This document shows positions 56,221 through 64,000 of a stretch of 64,000 bases of DNA, in pieces (positions within the stretch are counted from its first letter, which is position 1; each line of letters opens with the position of its first letter). Source of the stretch: Octopus vulgaris (lineage: Eukaryota); contig OX597821.1 of NCBI GenBank assembly GCA_951406725.2, forward strand, positions 28,272,001 to 28,336,000, given 5' to 3'. A program made the translations under genes and the position numbers. The notes below the pieces were generated by a model. The model made no database searches. It had not been told where the DNA came from and saw only the letters and a program-made list of their open reading frames with translations.

Positions 56221-56421
56221 AAATGTGTGTTAGTGGCTATATATATATCAAATAAAATTAAAAACAGAGCAGAAAGGATATCGCGGTGCACGTGTTTCAA
56301 GTTTTATAAACAATCCTTTCTTACATCCGTGTATTATTGATATAAAAGATGGTGTAAATATCTCTTCAGCCGCAAACATTGTTATTCTATTATCAAGTAT
56401 TCACCCTAAATTTACAGTACC

Positions 56422-56468
<47 letters not shown>

Positions 56469-56551
56469 ACGGAGATGTACTTGTGTAGCAAGTGACTTGA
56501 TCTGAGATAGTGTGTTGACACAAAAATAATTGCAGAATGGAAGGTGTTTAT

Positions 56552-56787
56552 AAGCCATTTAAAAACACACAAAATTGTTAAGTTCAGTTCACCATTAAAA
56601 TTTAATTAGTATCAAAATATTTTCCTCGCTTTGAAACTGCGACCTGTTCACTGACAAAATTTCGTGAAGCACGAAATTTTGACAGTGAACAATTCGCGTT
56701 TTCAAAGGGAAGAAAATATTTTGATACAAATTAAATTTTAATGTTGAAGTGAATTTCACGGTTTTGTGTGTGTTTTTGTAATGACTT
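56552..56787. repeat. Fold-back with ~115-bp arms and a 3-nt loop
   Basis: ..gttcactgacaaaatttcgtg-aag-cacgaaattttgacagtgaac..; the arms pair imperfectly out to both ends. Confidence 0.85.
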
Positions 56788-56862
56788 CCACGCTTCAATT
56801 GTTATATATATGTGTGTGTGTTTGTGTGTATACACACATATGCATAGATACATACATTTGTG

Positions 56863-56930
<68 letters not shown>

Positions 56931-56934
<4 letters not shown>

Positions 56935-57232
56935 GACCCCCTTCTGTCATGAATGGCCATGAGATTGCACCCAGAAAGCCACCCTCCGATGCACAAGTCC
57001 GGGCAAGGTTGTTTATGGAAGACCAGCAGTCGCCCATGCCTACCAGCCTTTCCTCTCCAGGCCACCGATGTTGCCCAAGGAAAAGGCGAAGGCCGATAGA
57101 GCTTGGCACCAGTGATATCGCAGCTGATTTATGAACGTGCAAGTGGCCGAGCATTTCTCAGACACGTGTACCCTTAACTTAGTTCTCAGGAAGATTCAGC
57201 GTGACACAGAGTTTGACAAGGCTTGCCCTTTT
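56931..57232 (-). mobile_element. SINE fragment: family C internal part joined to a different tail
   Basis: 57140-57232 matches family C (gccttgtca..ctgtgtcacgctgaat..gggtacacgtgtctg). The remainder is unrelated to the family C tail. Confidence 0.55.
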
Positions 57233-58007
57233 ACCTTAATCCTAGACACTTGCACGGTCTAGGATTAAGATAAAAGTTTTTATTTTCCAATCACTTTCGG
57301 AATTACAACAATTGGCGTCTTGGAGTTTTAACTGCTCTTTCTAGCGAGTCAGATATCCTATTCTTCGGGTATTTCTCTTGTGTTTGAACGTACACTGTAT
57401 TCTTCTTTGCATAATATATAGGCTATTGACTAATTTTTTATTTCTCGCTAGACCACTGGTAACAAAGTATCTTTCGATGAATATTCTTGCTACCCAAAGA
57501 TTTTAAATATATATCAAATGTGTGTGTGTGTGTATGATTATGTATTGCGATTTTCATTGTTTTGTCATTGTTGATGATCATGATTGTGATATTGGTAGAA
57601 TTGTTGCTAGTTTTATTGTCATTAATTAGTCAATATATCTCGTGGATTTTACGATGTGCATACACTGTTTACCGACGCTTTCGATACGCACTTTCCATTT
57701 ACAAAAACTGCACACACACACCCACAAACGTTTGCGTACATACATAATCAAGCAGAGATAAGAAGTATGTGTGTGTATGTGCATGTGTGTGTATGTGCAT
57801 GTGTGTGGGTGTGTTTGTTTGTGTCTATATGTACATAGATATTTGTTTAAACGTATTAGAGAACCTTAGTGTATGTTTAATACGAATGTAAAAATAATAT
57901 TCATACTGCAAGAGGTAGGTTTCGAATATTCAAAATGGTGCATTGTGCAAAAATAGTAACCGATGCATATATATACACACACGCTCAATTACACACTCAC
58001 ACACACT

Positions 58008-58058
<51 letters not shown>

Positions 58059-58060
<2 letters not shown>

Positions 58061-58555
58061 TGTAAAGTAATATGTGACTATTATTCGGTAGCCAAGATAA
58101 AACTCTGAGTTTCGGATGCCGACATGGAAATCCACAACACCATCTCTTCGGTTATCTGGTCATCTGAAAAACGCTTTGAAAAAAGACCGTTATACAAAGG
58201 GACATTGCTGTGTTACAAGTCCGCTACTTATATAAAAGCGCTAATTCAATGACCACTAATTAAAATGAGGTTAAAAGTTCATAGTAAACACGCAAGCATG
58301 CCTGCTCATAACATATTATTATAACGTATAACACAGTAATTTCCCTTTGTATAACGGTTTTTTTTCATACCATTTTTTCCGATGGCCATATAACCGAAGT
58401 GATAGTGTTGTGGATTTCCACCTCGGCATCCGAAACTCAGAGTTTTATCTTGGCTACCGAATAATTGTCACATATTATTTTACAGAATAAATTTCCTCTA
58501 TTTGCATAATATTGAGGTCTCTTTCTTTCTTTTGTTATCTTACCGTTTTTACCAA
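58059..58555. mobile_element. Head-to-head inverted HHR-bearing element between (TA)n tracts
   Basis: Inverted arms at ~58060-58175 and ~58372-58485, each containing a hammerhead-like fold. Confidence 0.8.
58096..58156 (-). ncRNA. Type I hammerhead, CCGAAGA core variant
   Basis: gataa-CCGAAGA-gatg..catc-c-GAAA-ctcagag-TT-ttatc with a perfect 5-bp stem I. Confidence 0.7.
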
Positions 58556-58773
58556 TATATATATATACATATGTGTATACGTATATACACAGAAGGGGGA
58601 GACAGGCAGACCGACATAGAGAGTGAAAGAAGGAAAACACATGCACATATACAGAAGCATAAATGATTCTGTCTATGTGTGTATGTACCTATGTATACAA
58701 ATAGAAACACTCATACACACACACACACATATATATATATATATGTATATATATGCATATATATCTATCTATC

Positions 58774-58831
<58 letters not shown>

Positions 58832-59863
58832 CACACACGTGTATGCATAGAGAGAGAGCGAAAAAAGTGAGATACGCAGTTAGACTGGCCAAAAGATATG
58901 CGCAATGGATTCTACGTATCTCAGTATATCTATATTTCTTTTTCAGTGCAATTTGGTACATTTTATCTATAACTTAGTCTGATAAAATTTAGAAAGCATT
59001 GTGTTTCGTTTCAGTACTACTAGCGTACTTAAGCTTTTTTGGGGAGATTGTATCTGCTTTTAAGCCATATTATAAATAAATCTATTTCAATTTGGATGAA
59101 TTCCATAGTTCAGTTAAAGATATGTTGTTGGAGTCTGAAAATAATATAGCTATCGGAAGCAGCTATTCACAATTGTCGTGGATGCTTATATAAGAGCGAA
59201 AAATAGCTTTATTTCTCTCACAAAGATAACCGACATGCTTAACAATATGGTTACTGTGTCATTTTGGGATATAATTAACGATTTAATGTCGATGCTTCTT
59301 CATCTTCTTCTTCTTCTTCTTCTTCTTCTTCTTCTTCGTCTTCTTCTTCTTCTCCTCCTCCTCCTCCTCCTTCTTTTTCTTCTTCTTCTGCTCCTTCTTC
59401 TCCTCCTTCTATTATATAACACACCAGCCGATTTACCAGTGCAACGTGTCTCAAGTTTTTCTCCTGGCCACGCTCAAGTAACCGGGAACAATGTTATCAA
59501 CAGTCTTTTTCCATCCAGAAACCGATATCTCTTTCTTACCATATTCTTTCTGTATTGTGTTTCTGTTGTACTGTTCAGTTGAACGTCTTTGGTCCTATAC
59601 AACAAAAACACCCCTTCGTGTCAGCTTTGATAACTGAACTTCTCAACCGGAACTAAAATCTGCGCTTATCTTCAAATTTTACTAAAACGTTTTTCATGAA
59701 TAGAAGAGGCATTCTTTTCAGTGTAAGCAGGGTGAGGACTTATACAAAGAAATTTAATAAATGATTATGTACATATATGCACAAACTTATTCATATTTAT
59801 GTGTATGTATACTCGCACATACACATAAGTATACAATAAAAAGGCAGAATACAATATACATAT

Positions 59864-59916
<53 letters not shown>

Positions 59917-60047
59917 TATGTGTGTGCATGTGCATTTATGTTTATATATTTATATTGTTTTTAATATATATATATATATATATATGTATATTTATATATA
60001 CGCGTGCGTATGTAAGTAATGCAAAAATGCATATACACATACATACA

Positions 60048-60085
<38 letters not shown>

Positions 60086-60512
60086 TAGATAGATAGATAC
60101 AAACACATATTCATGCTGTCTATATAAGCACACACACATATTAATTTCTACTGAATCCAATATCTTGTTACTAGGCTGGTTTTCTAAGCTAACTGTGTAC
60201 GTATTCATGCATGAGTATATATTTTAAGCAAAACCAGAAGGCATGAAACAATTTTAAAAATTCGAAAACAAGATACGTTTTATCTGAGATTTAGATTCTT
60301 ATACAAGAAACTTGTTGCAACGTACGTTCATAGAAAATTATCATAATAATTCAGCAACTATTAGCAAAGTATTGTTTCACAGCGCTGATTGCATCTATTC
60401 TGTGGCAATCACGTTTGGGTTGCGAAAAGATACTGTCAAGTCACCCGTCACGTCGCTGAAATTCGAGAATTTGTGTTATCGAGCCTTTAGGGGAAAATTA
60501 ATAGTGGCATGG

Positions 60513-61030
60513 TATGAGGTGACACTGAAAAGTTCCTGACATTAAAGGCATCGCGAACGGCCTGGTTGGTGGCTTAACCTTCTGAATTCTTTTACATAGC
60601 TTAGAAAAACTGAAGAGCAGCAACATTAAGTGTCTGAATCTAAGAGTGCAATTTTATTCGTCCTTTTCAAGCCTAGCCAGGCTCATGGGCTCGGTTTCCC
60701 GGTTTCTGTAGCGTATGTGTTCCCCCCCCCCAGCTGGACGGGACGCCAGTCCATCGCAGCACTCCCTAAGAAACAGGAAGAGAGAGTGAGAGAAAGTTGT
60801 GGCGAAAGAGTACAACAGGGGCTGCTACTATCCCCTGCCAGAGCTTCGTACAGCGTTTAGGTGTTTTCGCTCAATAAACACACACAACGCGTGGTCAGGG
60901 AATCGAAACCGCGATCCTCCTACCGCGAATCCGCTGCCCTAACCACTGGGCCATTGCGCCTACACAAGAGTTCAATAAGTTGAATAAAATCATAATTATT
61001 TTATCCTCCTCTATTTTCTTTTACACACCT
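60513..61030 (+). mobile_element. Mariner-derived MITE-like remnant split by a SINE
   Basis: Terminus-like tatgaggtgacactgaaaagttcc. The segment aagtgtctgaatctaagag..gttgaataaa resembles a mariner KCV..G.YVE* end. Confidence 0.5.
60653..60965 (-). mobile_element. tRNA-derived SINE, family D
   Basis: Head shared with family C, tail shared with 12205-12502. Approximate target duplication aagagtgcaat / aagagttcaat. Confidence 0.9.
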
Positions 61031-61383
61031 TGTACATTCAGAATACCTGAAAATCTGAAAAGATCAACAGAACATAATTATGGGATAAAAAGGAAATGGA
61101 GAAATGATATTTTTTCTATCAATAAATTTTAAAATCTCGATGCTTTATTTTAACTGCAACATATATTAGAAATAATTATTCATTTCAAGTTATGGCAAAA
61201 GACCAGCAATTTCATAGATATTTTTTTCCCGACGTGCTACTGATTTTGCTAACTTGCCTAATTAAACGATCAAGAAAATATTTGTTTGAAATTTTGGCAA
61301 AAAGGTCAATAATTTAGGGGGAGAGGTAAGTCGATGGTACTTATTTTATTGATCCCGAAAGGATCACTGACACGCGCACACAC

Positions 61384-62295
61384 ACATACATAAAAATACA
61401 CAAACATGGACATGCAAACACATGAATATGCAGAGTACATACATACAAATGTACACACGTATATAAATATATACATATGCACATGCACACACACGTGCAT
61501 ACAGACACATGCATACATACATACATGCATGTTTAGGCACACACATACACTCTGTTCCGCATACATGCACACAAATAAACAAAAAGGAACGTAGTGTGAG
61601 TAACGGAGAGAGTCAAAAGTATTGAAAAGATTGCAAGACGCAACGAAAATTTTGGAAAAATATAAAATAAGTGGAAAAATCTTACCGGTGAGTGTGTTAA
61701 ATTATCAGGCATCAAAGAGGATGACCCTCCTCAGAAATAATAGAATATGCCTCAACACACGAAGTCAAATGAAGGATCTTGCAAACCAAATCAGAAACGA
61801 TATATATACACTACACCATACAACATTACACATCACATCACAACACACCGCCCACAGCACACCGCCCACACACCCATTCACACATATCACATCACAACAC
61901 ACCACCCACACACCATCCCCACATCTCCACACCCACACATACATATACACACACGTCCAGACCACCAGCCCTCTTTCACACGCACATACATACTCTCCTA
62001 TACACACGCGCACCTTTGTGTTGGGGGCACCTCCATTTTGGAAGTCCCTTGACCCTGTTATCTCCCCTGACCACTGTCCGAAGTCAGGACGCCATAATAG
62101 ATCGTTAGCTCCTACACGCATTTTTCTCTCCTTGTTTCTCTCCTTGTTTTTTTTCTGTGTATCTTTCTGTCGTAGAGCGTAGACTCGAAACATAAAAGAC
62201 TTGTTCTATTTCTATTCCTGAGCCCCATACTAATACATTTGTTTGTTTGTACTCCACCTGCCTTCGTCTTTTGTTTATTTTCGTAAACCTTCCCG

Positions 62296-62349
<54 letters not shown>

Positions 62350-63262
62350 ACGGGAAGGTTTACGAAAATAAACAAAAGACGAAGGCAGGTGGAGTACAAA
62401 CAAACAAATGTATTAGTATGGGGCTCAGGAATAGAAATAGAACAAGTCTTTTATGTTTCGAGTCTACGCTCTACGACAGAAAGATACACAGAAAAAAACA
62501 AGGAGAGAAACAAGGAGAGAAAAATGCGTGTAGGAGCTAACGATCTATTATGGCGTCCTGACTTCGGACAGTGGTCAGGGAGATAACAGGGTCAAGGGAC
62601 TTCCAAAATGGAGGTGCCCCCAACACAAAGGTGCGCGTGTGTATAGGAGAGTATGTATGTGCGTGTGAAAGAGGGCTGGTGGTCTGGACGTGTGTGTATA
62701 TGTATGTGTGGGTGTGGAGATGTGGGGATGGGTGTGTGGGTGGTGTGTTGTGATGTGATATGTGTGAATGGGTGTGTGGGCGGTGTGCTGTGGGCGGTGT
62801 GTTGTGATGTGATGTGTAATGTTGTATGGTGTAGTGTATATATATCGTTTCTGATTTGGTTTGCAAGATCCTTCATTTGACTTCGTGTGTTGAGGCATAT
62901 TCTATTATTTCTGAGGAGGGTCATCCTCTTTTGATGCCTGATAATTTAACACACTCACCGGTAAGATTTTTCCACTTATTTTATATTTTTCCAAAATTTT
63001 CGTTGCGTCTTGCAATCTTTTCAATACTTTTGACTCTCTCCGTTACTCACACTACGTTCCTTTTTGTTTATTTGTGTGCATGTATGCGGAACAGAGTGTA
63101 TGTGTGTGCCTAAACATGCATGTATGTATGTATGCATGTGTCTGTATGCACGTGTGTGTGCATGTGCATATGTATATATTTATATACGTGTGTACATTTG
63201 TATGTATGTACTCTGCATATTCATGTGTTTGCATGTCCATGTTTGTGTATTTTTATGTATGT
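61384..63262. repeat. Large palindrome: ~915-bp near-identical arms around a (TA)n spacer
   Basis: 61384-62296 versus 62349-63262. The differences I noticed were 1-bp homopolymer indels. Confidence 0.95.
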
Positions 63263-63493
63263 ATCGTCTGGATATCTTCCTATAGTTCATGGTTGTTGAC
63301 TATTTGTGTAGGAACTATATGTTCAGTAGTTTTGGGTATGTTTCCACCCGGAATGTTTCTTTATCCGGTGTTTTTCCTGACATTAAAAATTGAAATTCTC
63401 TGCTTGTGGTATATATATATATATATAGTAGAACACTGTGATCGACTGCCCCCCTTTTCCATGATCTCGAGCCTTGTGCCTAGATTAGAAAGG

Positions 63494-63552
<59 letters not shown>

Positions 63553-63557
63553 TATTA

Positions 63558-63630
<73 letters not shown>

Positions 63631-63845
63631 TGTTATTATTATTATTATTATCATTATTATTATTATTATTATTATTATTTTTATTATTTTTATTATTATT
63701 ACTATTATTATTATTAATATTATTATTATTATTATAATTATTATTATTATTATTATTATTATTATAATTATTATTACTAATATTATTATTATTATTATCA
63801 TCATTATTATTGTTGTTGTTGTTGTTGTCATTGTTATTACTATTT
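63494..63845. repeat. (TTA)n microsatellite
   Basis: Directly visible in the sequence. Confidence 0.95.
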
Positions 63846-64000
63846 ACTTATAATCTGACTAATTAAAACAATCACTCGCTGAGACACACCCAGCGGCCTA
63901 GGGCAAGTGAAAGATAATTGATGTTAAAATATAACTGAAAGCTTGCAGGGCAAAATTCGTAGCAGCATTTCGTCTGTCCTTACGTTATGAGTTCAAATGA

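Overview
This is AT-rich eukaryotic DNA with no host gene I can confidently identify. It consists of microsatellites ((TA)n, (TAA)n, (CA)n, (ATCT)n) and transposable elements. The SINE families and repeat landscape look like an octopus/cephalopod genome (inference). Nearly all ORFs in the track are microsatellite read-throughs. Identifiable elements are: Tc1/mariner fossils (one full-length with TIRs and a TA target duplication); R4/Dong-type, RTE, Tx1/L1-like and CR1/L2-group LINE fragments; four tRNA-derived SINE families; a non-autonomous Helitron; several MITEs; and many Penelope-like element (PLE) pieces, including an uninterrupted Naiad-type GIY-YIG ORF. The most interesting signal is a set of type I hammerhead ribozyme (HHR) motifs and relics at about eight loci, some canonical and some with variant or decayed cores. 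Most sit in short non-coding elements arranged as inverted or tandem repeats next to (TA)n. The best example is a retrozyme-like 505-nt unit whose inverted copy stops exactly at the predicted self-cleavage site. All calls were made by eye; no database search or folding computation was run.
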